NCBI GenBank assembly: GCA_002269645.1
Contig: NIVC01001511.1
Span: 186,001-250,000 of the forward strand
Direction of reading: 5' to 3'
DNA from: Macrostomum lignano
Lineage: Eukaryota
DNA length: 64,000 nucleotides
The translations under genes were made by a program, and so were the position numbers. Below are positions 34,309-47,199 of the stretch, in pieces. The stretch's first letter is position 1; every line of letters starts with the position of its first letter. The notes under the pieces were generated by a model, which was not told the origin of the DNA, did not search any database, and worked only from the letters and a program-made list of their open reading frames with translations.

Positions 34309-36523
34309 GATGGCTGCAGTGGTGATGGCAGTGATAACATTATTGGATTATTATTGAAATCTGTGCAATAATTGTGCATAACTAGCTGTTTAGAATCTAT
34401 CAAGACCCTATTTTAAACATTGTTCAATAGACATTCTAGAGGTGTGATTAATATTTTGTCAGAGAAAGTCTCTTGATTATAAGTGTTTAGTATTTTAGCG
34501 ATTGCAATAAGTTTAATGATGACTGCAATATCCAGCATTTTTCTGGCTTTTAAAACAATACTCATTAGTCTTTATTATCACAATTATGATTACTGATTGT
34601 ACTTGCATTTTATGACTCAACACTTTTAGAGACACAGTGACCATGTCTGATATTGTATAGGTTTATACTTGAGAACATGGTGATTTACATAGCAATTTTT
34701 GTCCCTAATAGAGAGTAAGCTTTGCACTAGAAAACTTGACTCCACAAAATCCACTCTGAAATCTTTAAGGTTAATCTTTTTTCTATTGTTAATAAATAAA
34801 TAAGCTAGTATTGCATTGATTTATTAGTTTCTATAAATTTAGCTTCCATGGGCCTATTGATTTATTAATCATGATTGGAAAAAATGTGTTGGGATAATAG
34901 GCATGTCAATTTTCACAAAGGCCTTTTTTATTTTGTTATAGTTGAGTAGATTGCATTTTTGATATCACCTTATAATAGTACAAAGAAATTTGCTTAAATA
35001 AATAAAATAAACAATCTAATCTAACCTGACCATAACTGGCAATAAAAAGGTAAAATATTAATTATTAAACTAAGAAATTCAAAAGTTAATTATCATAAAG
35101 ATATAGCATTGGTAATTGTAAATCTTCTTTGTTACCAAAGTGGCTATTATTGGAATGGATTATATTAGGGCATATAGTCCTGCCTAGGCATATTGCTTAA
35201 ACCCAAGAGACATTTTGCCTCTCTATGCATATTGCCTATCCCCAAATGTTCTGTCTCCTAGGCTTAGTGCCTATCTCAAACATTTAATTTCCTAGGCAGT
35301 TTGCCTCTTCCAATTCTCTATTTCTATTAGGCCTAGGCATTCTATCCTCCCTACCAAACTTCTCTATTAGACATTAGTTTTAGTTAGGAAGTGTCTTGCC
35401 ACTAAGACACTGAATGCTACCTAAGTGTTGATCAAGCATATTTATATTAAAATAAGAAATTCTTTATCCATTCTAAGAAACCCCAAGGTCTATTAGATGA
35501 TAAGGCATTTAGCCCTTATAAGACAGTCATAGTTACTCCTGCCATTTACCCAAAATTGCATTAATGTTGCTCTAGTCTAGGGTTTCTTTCATAGGTAAGT
35601 CGCATAACCAATGTAAATCAGGGGGGTTGCGCATGTATGCTGCTAAGTCTGGTTAACCTTCTTACTCAGCACCCTGGCACCACTAGATTAGGCCTAATTT
35701 GTTCAAGGTAACTTGCTTACTCATCAAATTAATTTAGTTTTAATTTACTTTGTTTTTAAAGTCCTATATAATAATAACCAAAATTAATCAGCAAAAAAAT
35801 AAATTCTTCATTTGATTAAAACCATAGCTTCTCTCAAGTTATTTGCCCATAGGGCATAAAATAACCAACAGTTCTTATCTCAAAGAAAGCTTTGTTTGAG
35901 ACTACTATGTTCCATAATATATATGCTGGTAACAGTGCTATTCTATTGATAATAATCAGCTAAGCATTATGACATAAATTGAACTTTGGTATCTAAGGCC
36001 CCAATTCGAATGACCATGCTTAACAAAGACCACTTAACTATGATTACAACTACCTTTTCCTTGGAATTGAGGACCTGGTAGAGGGAGTATTTAGGAAAAA
36101 CCTATTGAGATTTGATTGTGCAATTTTCTAGAATCATTCATATGAATTAAAGGCATTTAAAATTTGCCAACTGCCTAAATAGTTGCTTTTTTTCTGCCTC
36201 TACCTTAGTCTCTACTCTATCCTAAATAGGTGGCAGCCATGAAATTAATCCGCAAACATGAAATAGAGTCCATACTGACGAGTCCATAATCATGAGCTTG
36301 GCCGGAGGCGGTCGAAGCGCATGCCCAGAGCCCAGACGCAAATTTGCTCACTATCGAAATTTGCTGCCCAAACGCGACGATACAGTTCACGGAGAGCTCT
36401 ACGATCGAGACCTCGCTCGAGAGAACTTTTGCTCTGGACCCTCATGGTTGCTGAGTCCGGCGATGAGACTCATTTTGATCCGTTGCGCAGCTGAATCAAA
36501 ATTCTCGCCCTTGAGCTAATATC

Positions 36524-37450
36524 GCAGAAATTGCACAGAAATGTAGATTTCTTTTGTTACTTTTGATTTTCACTTCAACTCCAAATTATTTTTCAGTTTT
36601 GAGTGAAGCCCAGATTTTTAAACTTTTGGTTTCATACTGTAAATGCACTAAAATGTATGCATTTAAACGTCTATTTCAAACTAGAGGTCAATAACTCCGA
36701 GTTGGATGCACAAATCTTGCAGAAATTGCACAGAAATGTAGATTTCTTTTGTTATTTTTGATTTTCACTTCAACTCCAAATTAGTTTTCAGTTTTGAGTT
36801 CATTCCAGATTTTCAAACTTTTGGTTTCATACTGTAAATGCACTAAAATGTATGCATTTAAACGTCTATTTCAAACTAGAGGTCAATAACTCCGAGCTGG
36901 ATGCATGAATCTTGCAGAAATTGCACAGAAATGTAGATTTCTTTTGTTATTTTTGATTTTCACTTCAACTCCAAATTAGTTTTCAGTTTTGAGTTCATTC
37001 CAGATTTTCAAACGGTTTCATACTGTAAATGCACTAAAATGTATGCATTTAAACGTCTATTTCAAACTAGAGGTCAATAACTCCGAGCTGGATGCATGAA
37101 TCTTGCAGAAATTGCACAGAAATGTAGATTTCTTTTGTTATTTTTGATTTTCACTTCAACTCCAAATTAGTTTTCAGTTTTGAGTTCATTCCAGATTTTC
37201 AAACGGTTTCATACTGTAAATGCACTAAAATGTATGCATTTAAACGTCTATTTCAAACTAGAGGTCAATAACTCCGAGCTGGATGCATGAATCTTGCAGA
37301 AATTGCACAGAAATGTAGATTTCTTTTGTTATTTTTGATTTTCACTTCAACTCCAAATTAGTTTTCAGTTTTGAGTGAAGACCAGGTCTTCAAACATTTT
37401 AATAGAGTCTGTAAATGTACGGAAATTGTTGAATTTATATCGTCTATTTT
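36524..37450. repeat. 191-195-bp AT-rich tandem repeat, ~5 copies
   Basis: GCAGAAATTGCACAGAAATG starts at 36524, 36719, 36914, 37105, 37296. Confidence 0.92.
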
Positions 37451-37641
37451 AAACTGAAGATCAATAGCAACAAGATGAATAAAAGTCACAAAAGTGTAGA
37501 AAACAGTTGTTATTTTTTTTTATCATCTGATTATCCCAGTTTTAGACATACGGTTAGCTTCTTAAGGATTTGAAAATTTGTTTATCTTTTCACGAATTTG
37601 AAGTTGGAGTTGGAGTTGGAGTTCGAATGCACCCGTGTCAC

Positions 37642-38216
37642 TTAAGCGTCAATGTTTTTGAGATTATGCAAGCGTTCAAGACGACTGATTCTTCTCAACG
37701 ATTTCTGCCATTCGGTAAAAATTAAATCTAAAAAGACTTTAATTGCATCAATTCTTTCTTTGATTCGATCATGCAACGCTGATGACTGAGTCATGAACTC
37801 TTCTAAATTACTCACTTTAACTGTGTTTGTGAAAACTCCTTCTTCAAGAATACGCATCCGTCTATCAGTGGAATTTCTCAGAAGATTAATTGTCGATGTT
37901 AAATTTGTTCTTAAGCCGTTGATTTGCGAGACTACCGAAGTTGTTTCTGACCTAAAGTTCATTAGTTGCGTGTACAACCTGTACATAAAGCTTATCACTT
38001 TCAAACTTTTGCCTGGCCACTTTTATGCGGAGATCTTCTATGTTTATCTGTAGCTGGTGCATGGAGCGCTCTAATTGTTTCAGTCTGTTTTTATTCAGTT
38101 TGATCTCTGGGATCTCTTCATCGCTGTTGATATATCGCCTGTCTAGGATGGATATCTGAGCTAGCTGATGTAAGAGCGTTGTTGCCAGAAATGGATTCAC
38201 CTGCAAAAATAGACAT
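37642..38216 (-). pseudogene. Frameshifted coiled-coil protein gene of the viral block
   Basis: AAAAGATG start at 38216 just after the ATPase stop; protein-like segments in successive frames (MSIFAGES.., ILDRRYINSDEE.., ORF 38004-37642). Confidence 0.45.
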
Positions 38217-38232
38217 CTTTTAATAGCAAATT

Positions 38233-39034
38233 TTAAATTACAGTTCTTTTTTCCTTGTTGATTAGGACAAACTGATAGGGTTGGTTCCACTTTTCGCAGC
38301 AGAGGTTAACAGATTCCTCTTGTGAAATCTTTCTGCTTGAGTTTTTTTGTTGGATTTATAAAATAGGCAAGCGCAATGACCTCACTGTAAAATCTTTTTA
38401 GCCTGTCCTGTGGAATGGTTGAAAACAGGAGAATCAGATTGCAGTTCCCACGAATTGTTTTGTTCGGGAGCTCGAACCAGTTCTGTGCAATGTAAATTAC
38501 ATTACAATTGTTATGTCGCCCTCTTGTAAAATAGTTTTCTATCTGCTTCTGTGGGCCAGTCATACAATCATCAAAGACGATCTAATGCTTTCTCCCTTTT
38601 TCTAGCTCATCTGGTTGGGGTAGAAGTTTAGTCTTTGGATCAGCCTGTGGATCTCCATAGGTGAACACTTTAATGTTCTGCCATTTTTCATTGTCTTTGA
38701 GGTGCTTTGCATATTCAGCAGCTACAATTTCTGGGTTACTGTGAAGGTTTTGTTGGTTATTAAAATATTGAATAATGTCCTCTTTTTTCAGTTTGTTTTG
38801 CAATCCAGAAATCAACATTTTATACTCATCTTGATACAGTGTGGGAGAGTAGATGTGCAGAGTGTCATAGTCGATAAAGCCAGGTCTAAGAAGCATGTTA
38901 AAGACTCTGAATGTTTTACCTGAGCCCGATGAACCAACAACAATGCATCTGAAGTGACTCGGGATTGACTCGTGATGAGAAAACTTAATCTGATTACGCG
39001 TCCAGTGAGGATTGAAGTCGTTTGAAAAGTCCAT
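38233..39034 (-). pseudogene. A32-like/FtsK-HerA DNA packaging ATPase of Polinton/adintovirus type, disabled
   Basis: Walker A CIVVGSSGSGKT; in-frame TAG at 38584-38582 directly before Walker B IVFDD; FTRGRHNNCNVIYIAQ motif; frameshift near 38320 leads to KWNQPYQFVLINK and a stop at 38235-38233. Confidence 0.9.
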
Positions 39035-39309
39035 TTTTTCTATGATGAAAAAAATTTGTATTGTCCTTTATTGTTCATGCGTATCCATGGTTATTTTGTC
39101 GCGGCGAGGCTAGTTTCTGTAATTTCAAATGGAGAATGTCTGATGCCGTAAGCTGCCGAAATAGGACGCAAAAAGGCCGAATTTGAACGCAAAAGTTGCC
39201 CAGTGTCTATGGCTCAGTTGTTTGGACTGCACACTAGCGCTCGCGCCGAAATTGAACGCAAAAACGACGAAATTGACTGCAAAAAGGTATAATAAATCAT
39301 TTAGAAGAT

Positions 39310-39455
39310 GTGTCATTTTGGGACTTTGATGTGTCATTTTGGGACTTGGATGTGTCATTTCGGGACTTAGATGTGTCATTTCGGGACTTAAATGTGTCAT
39401 TTCTGGACTTAAATCTGTCATTTCCTGACTTAAATGTGTCATTTCGGGACTTGTC
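39310..39455. repeat. 21-bp tandem repeat inside the viral block
   Basis: Unit ATGTGTCATTTCGGGACTTA(A/G), ~7 copies. Confidence 0.85.
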
Positions 39456-39477
39456 TTGTACCCTCGAAAAGTACCCT

Positions 39478-39864
39478 TTAGTCAAATTTGAAACCAATTC
39501 CTTTTTTAATGCTAGCTCTCATCTTCTCATAGACTGCAGGGTCCACACTGTCTGGATTTGGGGCCAGCGGAGCCAGCGGGGCCAGCGGCTGAATCTCTTG
39601 TTTAGGTGTTACAGTATCCTTTATCTTTTTGGCTGCTGTGGCTACACTGCCAGCCGCTTCGGCAACGTTCTTGATGTTCTCTTTGTTCTCTCCAATGACC
39701 TTACAAATCTTGGCCCCCTGAGCGATCAAATCGGCAAGGCCATTCCCAGAGCGTTCTTTTCTTGGATAGTGGCCTGCAGGGAAAAGTCCAGATCCGCGTT
39801 TAATGAGATTAAGTTCCTCTTTGTCATAGTATTTGTCAATGTCTTTTTCGAAAATAAGAGGCAT
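39478..39864 (-). CDS. Small Polinton-type accessory protein (possible core/cement protein), 128 aa
   Basis: AAAAATG start 2 nt after the upstream stop; repeated basic-GxG-hydrophobic motifs (KRGSGL, RSGNGL, KKGIGF). Confidence 0.55.
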   Translation of the reverse strand: MPLIFEKDIDKYYDKEELNLIKRGSGLFPAGHYPRKERSGNGLADLIAQGAKICKVIGENKENIKNVAEAAGSVATAAKKIKDTVTPKQEIQPLAPLAPLAPNPDSVDPAVYEKMRASIKKGIGFKFD

Positions 39865-39866
39865 TT

Positions 39867-41137
39867 TTACTTGAAATAATTTTTTTTGTTGAACCGCGAA
39901 AGCAGAAGCTCTCTCGCCCTCTTATCGATGAATTTTCTCTCAAGCATTTTATCCAGGATGTTGACAAATTCTTTTCTATTCTCGTCTTTCATTCCGGTCT
40001 TTGCCGCTCCTAGAAGAACCACTACTCGCTTGTAGATTTCAACTATTCCTTTTCCAGATTTGGGCGGTTGGTCTTGGGGTTGTGGAGTTGGTTGGGTTTG
40101 AAGCTGATGGGGAGGTGATGTAAAAGACCGCTCACTTTCAGAGATGGAACTGTCATGTGGTGCCTGTCTTTGTTGAGGTGTGAAAACTCTTTGATTGATT
40201 CTATTCCTTCGATCTGGAGAGTGTTGTTCTAAGCGTTGCCAGGCATCTGGGTGATTATTTTTATATTTAGCTACTTGAGTCGGATCTGCATTTTCCAGTT
40301 GCCTGAGTACTTCTGTAAAATGTTGTTGCTGTGGTTGTGGTTGTTGTTGTTGCTGTTGTTGTTGTTGTTGTTGTCGTTGTTGTTGTTGTTCTAGATATTT
40401 CATGACTTCCCCCTGATCTGGCAAACCAAACCATTGTTTAAAGCTAGTGCTTGTACTTTTTGAATTTAGTCAGGTTGACACCGCCATCGTAAATGTGTTT
40501 CAGAACTTATGGGACCTTTAGTATTCCTATATCTCTAGCAAGAGAAAAAGTCACTAGATCTCTGTAGTTCTTTAGCTGCTTGTCCGAGATTCTCTCTTGG
40601 TTCTTGGTCATAAAAGTCAGTAAGGCGTCTGTGATAGGAATTTTCATAGTTTCTGAGCCTTTGACAACAGAAATATTTTCCTTATTTATGTTGATATAAT
40701 ATTCCACTGGTTCATTATAAATGTTTTTTTCTCCACATACTTATTCCAAATAGATATTTTCCATCATGTTCTACACGCTCTACTGGTCCAAAAATGTTTT
40801 CTGTCACTTTTAGTTGTGATTGATGTGGTTGTGGTTGTTGTGGTTGCGGCTGTATCTGTGGTTGTGGTTGTTGTGGTTGCGGTTGTATCTGTGGTGCTTC
40901 TGGAATTTTGCCCAAAACCTTTTGCACATGGGTTTGCTGCTGTATGTCGTCGATAGTTTCTTTGACCTGATCAATATTTTTCTTAGCTTCTCCATACCCA
41001 GGTTTATGAAACTCTGTGGCTGCTTGGACAAACTCATTGTAGGATTGTTGCTCCTTATTTATTAGCCCGGTAACTCGTTTCTATGCTTGTGCTAGCTTCT
41101 CCAATTCAGATATCTGCTGTGTACTTTTTCGCTTCAT
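39867..41137 (-). pseudogene. Conserved uncharacterised Polinton protein, broken by stops and frameshifts, with poly-Q/PQ expansions
   Basis: ATG at 41137, TAG at 41083-41081, same frame continues to DGKYLFGI; next fragment TDALLTFM..DKQLKNYRDLV; C-terminal KRVVVLLGAAKTGM..EFVNILDKML..FI resembles the recalled Polinton RLxLL..AGN..E..I..L motif. Confidence 0.55.
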
Positions 41138-42259
41138 TTCTTATTTTATTTTATTTTTAGTTAAAAACTAGCAATCTTCGCCCCCTATGGGGGACATCTG
41201 GATAGAATCTCTGTTCTGTACACGTATCAAAAAGACAGCCAAATAAAGCCTTCACAAGGACAATAGACAAACTGCTCAAATGAAGAGCAATGCGAAAAGA
41301 AAACATCCCAAGACAGCATGCAAGCATCCCCCCCCCCCAGATAGCAAGCATCCCCCCCCAGATAGCAAGCACCCCCAGATAGCAAGCATCCACCTAATAG
41401 CAAGTATCGATCCTTATAGCAAGCATCCACCAGACAATAAGTAGCTAGTGCAACAATTTCCTTAGCTTTATAGTGGCTCCTTTATGATTGGCATGACGCT
41501 TCTTTTTACGTTTGAAATGGTGTCTCTTATGTTTGCCATGGTGGCTCTTTTATGCTTGACATGGTGGCTCTTTAATGTTTGCGATGGTGGCTCCTAAATG
41601 TTTGACATGGTGGCTTTTTTATGACCTACATGGTGGCTCTTCTATGTTTGACGTGGTGGCTCTTTAATGTTTGACATGGTGGATCTTTAATGCTAGGCAT
41701 GGTGGCTCTTTAATGTTAGGCATGGTGGCTCTTTAATGTTTGAAATGGTGGCTCTTTTATGTTTGACATGGTGGCTCCTAAATATTTGCCATGGTGGCTC
41801 TTTTATGTTAGGCATGGAGTCACATATATGTTTCTCAATAGAATCTCTGTTCTCTACAAGTAACAAAAAGACTGCCAAATAGAGCTTTCACAAAGACAAC
41901 AGAAAAACTGCTCAAATGAAGTGCAATGCAAAAAGAAAACATCCCAAGACAGCAAGCATTGCCCCCCCCCAGGGGATAGCATGAAAAGCACCCCCCAGAT
42001 AGCAAGCACCTCCCAGATAGCAAGCACCTCCAGATAGCCAGAACCCCCAAGATAGCAAGCATCCCCCAGATAGCAAGCACCCCCAGATAGCAAGCACCCA
42101 CAGATAGCCAGAACCCCTAAGATAGCAAGCATTCCCCAGATAGCAAGCACCCCCAGATAGCAAGCATCCAATTGATAGCAAGTATCTATCCTTAAATAGC
42201 AAGCATCCACCAGACAATAAGTATCTAGTGCAACAATTTCCTTAGCTTTATGGTGGCTT

Positions 42260-43620
42260 CTTTATGATTGACATGACGCTTCTTTTTACATTTGTAATTG
42301 TCTCTTTTATGCTTGACATGGTGGCTCTTTAATTTTCAACATGGTGGCTCTTTTATGTTCGACATGGTGGCTCTTTAATGTTTGACATGGTGGCTCTTTT
42401 ATGTTTTACATGGTGGGTCTTTAATGTTCGACAGAATGGCTCTTTAATGTCTGACATGGTGGCTCTTTAATGTTTGACCTGGTTGCACTTTACTGTCTGC
42501 AATGATGGCTCTTTAATGTTTGACATGATGGCTCTTTAATGTCTGACATGGAGTCACGTATACGCTTGACATGGTGACTCTTGATTGTTAGACATGGTGG
42601 CTCTTTAATGTTTTACATGGTGGCTCTTTTATGTTCGACATGGTGGCTCTTTAACGTTCGACATGGTGGCACTTTAATGTCTGAAATGGAGTCATGTATA
42701 CACTTGACAAGGTGACTCGTTAATGTTTGACATGTTGGCTCTTTATTGTTCGACATGGTGGCTCTTTAATGTTTGACATTGTGGCTCTTTAATGTTTGAC
42801 ATGGTGGCTCTTTTATGTTCGACATGGTGGTTCTTTTATGTTCGACATGGTGGCTCTTTAATATTTGACATGGTGGCTCTTTAATGTTTGACATGGTGGC
42901 TCTTTAATGTTCGACATGGTGGCTCTATAATGTTCGACATGGTGGCTCTTTAATGTTTGACATGGTGGCTTTTTAATGTTTGACATGGTGCCTCTTTAAT
43001 GTTTGACATGGTGACTCTTTTATATACAACATGATGGCTCTTTAATGTTTGACTTGAAGTCACATATATGTTGGACATGATGGCTCTTTAATGTTCGAAA
43101 TGGTGGCTCTTTTATGCTTGACATGGTGGCTCTTTAATGTTTGACATGGTGGCTCTTTAATGTTCGACATGGTGGCTCTTTAATGTTAGACATGGTGGCT
43201 GTTAATTTTTGACATAGTGCCTCTTTAATGTTTGACATGGTGGTCCTTTTATGTTTGACATGGTGGCTCTTTAATGTTCGACATGATGGCTCTTTAATGT
43301 TTGACATGAAGTCACATATATGTTGGACATGGTGGCTCTTTAATGTTAGACATGGTGGCTCTTTAATGTTAGACATTGTGGCTTTTTAATGTTAGACGTG
43401 GTGGCTCTTTAATGTTCGACATGGTGGCTCATTAATGTTAGACATGGTGGCTCTTTAATGTTCGACATGGTGGCTCTTTAATGTTAGACATGGTGGCTCT
43501 TTAATGTTTTACATGAAGTCACATATATGTTGGACATGGTGGCTCTTTAATGTTCGACATGGTGGCTCTTTAATGTTCGACATGATGGCTCTTTAATGTT
43601 TGACATGGTGGCTCGTTAAT
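42260..43620. repeat. 23-bp satellite GACATGGTGGCTCTTTAATGTT(C/T) inside Helitron-like unit 1 (shorter array also at 41480-41820)
   Basis: Directly visible. Confidence 0.92.
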
Positions 43621-44649
43621 GTTTGAAATTGTGCTTTTTTGTGTTTAGCATTTTGTGTTTTTAAGGTTTTTGAATAAAAAATCTTTTTAAAAAATCTAAG
43701 ATTCTAACCCAGGTCGCTGCATTAGCAGTCCAGTCTGTTCGCATCTATGCTATCTCTTGTCAATTGGAGAACATGAATTGTGGCCCTTATAAATAAAGTC
43801 TTATAGCAAATCGGTTAGAGTAAAAAGTTATGACATAATCAATTTCTCAGTCAGCCAGTATCAGTGTCAATTTAAGTTAGCAATATTGTTACGCAATTTA
43901 AATCAAGTTTTGTGTGCATTTCTTCGGCACTGTTTTCAACTGGTTGTGATGTAAATCCTTATCACAATTGGAATTCAGTCAGTTAGTTTTTCTCTAGCAT
44001 TCTTACAATGCATTTCAGGTCGAAAGAGCTGCTTGACCTTTGCAAAAAAGCATGTTTTTCGAATATTTAATCCCTTTAATATTGAGCGATTTCTTAGCCA
44101 AGATGCTTGTACCGTCCCAGGAAAATTTCTGATCGAATGGTGCAAGTTTGAAGAAAATCGGTTGAGCCAATTTTTCTGAAATCAATCGCATACCCATATA
44201 CATACAGACAACTCATTTTAATAAATAGTACTAGCAATCTTCGCCCCCCGTTGGGGGACATCTGGATAGAATCTCTGTTCTCTACAAGTAACAAAAAGAC
44301 AGCCAAATAAAGCCTTCACAAAGACAACAGACAAACTGCTCAAATAAAGTGTAATGCAAAAAGAAATCATCCCAAGAGAGCAAGCATCCCCCAGATAGCA
44401 AGCATCCCCCAGATTGCAAGCATCCCCCAGATAGCAAGCATCCCCCAGATAGCAAGCATCCTCCAAATAGCAAGCATCCCCCAGATAGCAAGCATCCCCC
44501 AGATAGGAAGCATCTCCCCTCCCGGATAGCAAGCATCCCCCAGATAGCAAGCATCCCCAAATAGTAAGCATCCACCAGACAATAAGTAGCTAATGCAACA
44601 ATTTCCTTAGCTCTATAGTGGCTCCTTTAAAATTGGCATGACGCTTAGT

Positions 44650-46510
44650 TTTACGTTTGAAATTGTGTATCTTTTATGTTTGACATGGTGGCTCTTTTAT
44701 GCTTGACATGGTGGCTCTTTAATGTTTGACATGGTGGTCCTTTTATGTTCTACATGGTGGCTTTTTTATTTTCGACATGGTGGCTCCTATATGTTTGGCA
44801 TGATGGCTCTTTTATATTTGACATGGAGTCACGAATATACTTGACATGGTGACTCGTTAATGTTAGACATGGTGGCTCTATAATGTTTGACCTGCTGGCA
44901 CCTTAATGTCTGTAATGATGGCTTTTTAATGTTTGAAATGGTGGCCTTTAATATTTGACATGGTGGCTCTTTAATGCTTGACATAGTGGCTCTTTAATGT
45001 TCGACATGGTGGCTCTATAATGTTCGACATGGTGGCTCTATAATGTTCGACATGGTGGCTCTTTAATGTTCGACATGGTGGCTCTTTAATGTTAGACATG
45101 GTGGCTGTTTAATTTTTAACGATGGTGGCTCTTTAATGTTTGACATGATGGCTCTTTAATGTTTGACATGGAGTCACATATATGTTGGACATGGTGGCTC
45201 CTTAATGTTCGACATGGTGGCTCTTTAATGTTTGACATTGTGGCTCTTTAATGTTTGACATGGTGGCTCTTTTATGTTCGACATGGTGGTTCTTTTATGT
45301 TCGACATGGTGGCTCTATAATGTTCGACATGGTGGTTCGACATGGTTCCTCTTTAATGTTTGACATGGTGGTCCTTTTATGTTTTACATGGTGGCTCTTT
45401 TATGTTTGACATGATGGCTCTTTAATGTTTGACATGGAGTCACATATATGTTGGACATGGTGGCTCTTTAATGTTCGACATGGTGGCTCTTTAATGTTCG
45501 GCATGGTGGCTCTTTAATGTTCGGCATGGTGGCTCTTTAATGTTGGACATGGTGGCTCTTTAATGTTCGACATGGTGGCTCTAATGTTTGACATTGTGGC
45601 TCTTTAATGTTTGACATGGTGGCTCTTTTATGTTTGACATGGTGGTCCTTTTATGTTTGACATGGTGGCTCTTTTATGTTTGATATGATGCCTCTTTAAT
45701 GTTTGACATGAAGTCACATATATGTTAGACATGGTGGCTCTTTAATGTTGGACATGGTGGCTCTTTAATGTTCGACATGGTGGCTCTTTAATGTCTGTAA
45801 TGATGGCTTTTTAATGTTTGAAATGGTGGCCTTTAATATTTGACATGGTGGCTCTTTAATGCTTGACATAGTGGCTCTTTAATGTTCGACATGGTGGCTC
45901 TATAATGTTCGACATGATGGCTCTTTGATGTTTGACATGGAGTCACGAATATACTTGACATGGTGACTCGTCAATGTTAGACATGGTGGCTCTATAATGT
46001 TTGACCTGGTTGCACCTTAATGTCTGTAATGATTGCTTTTTAATGTTTGAAATGGTGGCCTTTAATATTTGACATGGTGGCTCTTTAATGCTTGACATAG
46101 TGGCTTTTTAATGTTCGACATGGTGGCTCTATAATGTTCGACATGGTGGCTCTTTAATGTTCGACATGGTGGCTCTTTAATGTTGGACATGGTGGCTCTT
46201 TTATGTTTGACATGGTGGTCCTTTTATGTTTGACATGGTGGCTCTTTTATGTTCGACATGATGGCTCTTTAATGTTTGACATGAAGTCACATATATGTTA
46301 GACATGGTGGCTCTTTAATGTTGGTCATGGTGGCTCTTTAATGTTCGACATGGTGGCTCTTTAATGTTGGACATGGTGGCTCTTTAATGTTGGACATGGT
46401 GGCTCTTTAATGTTAGACATGGTGGCTCTTTAATGTTAGACATGGTGGCTCTTTAATGTTCGACATGGTGGCTCTTTAATGTTTGACATGGTGGCACTTT
46501 AATGTTTGAC
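44650..46510. repeat. 23-bp satellite inside Helitron-like unit 2
   Basis: Same unit as in unit 1; 23-bp spacing e.g. 45003/45026. Confidence 0.92.
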
Positions 46511-47199
46511 ATTGTGCTTTTTTGTGTTTAGCATTTTGTGTTTTTAATCTTTTTGAATAAAAAAATCTTCTTCTTGCACTACTAAGATTCGAACCCAGGT
46601 CGCTGCATTAGCAGTCCAGTCTGTTTGCATCTATGCTCAATTGTCAATTGGAGAACATGAATTGTGGCCCTAATAATTAAATTCTTATAGCAAATCGGTT
46701 GGAGTAAAAAGTTATGACATAATCAATTTCTCAGTCAGCCAGTATCAGTGTCAATTTAAGTTAGCAATATTGTTACGCAATTTAAATCAAGTTTTGTGTG
46801 CATTTCTTTGGCCCTGTTTTCAACTGGTTGTGATGTAATCCTTATCACAATTGGAATTAAGTCAGTCAGTTTTTTCTTTAGCATTCTTACAATGCATTTC
46901 AGGTCGAAAGAGCTGCTTGACCTTTGCAAAAAAGCATGTTTTTCGAATATTTAATCCCTTTAATATTGAGCAATTTATTAGCCAAGATGCATGTACCGTC
47001 CCAGGAAAATTTCTGATCGAATGGTGCAAGTTTGAAGAAAATCGGTTGAGCCAATTTTTCTGAAATCAATCGCATACCCATATACATACAGACAACTCAT
47101 TTTTAGTATATAGGACTAGCCAATTCCAACCCCCGTTGGGGCTTTCCGTCAGAACTCCTACCAAAGTTTTCTCACGCAAAAGAAATTTACCCAACTGAA

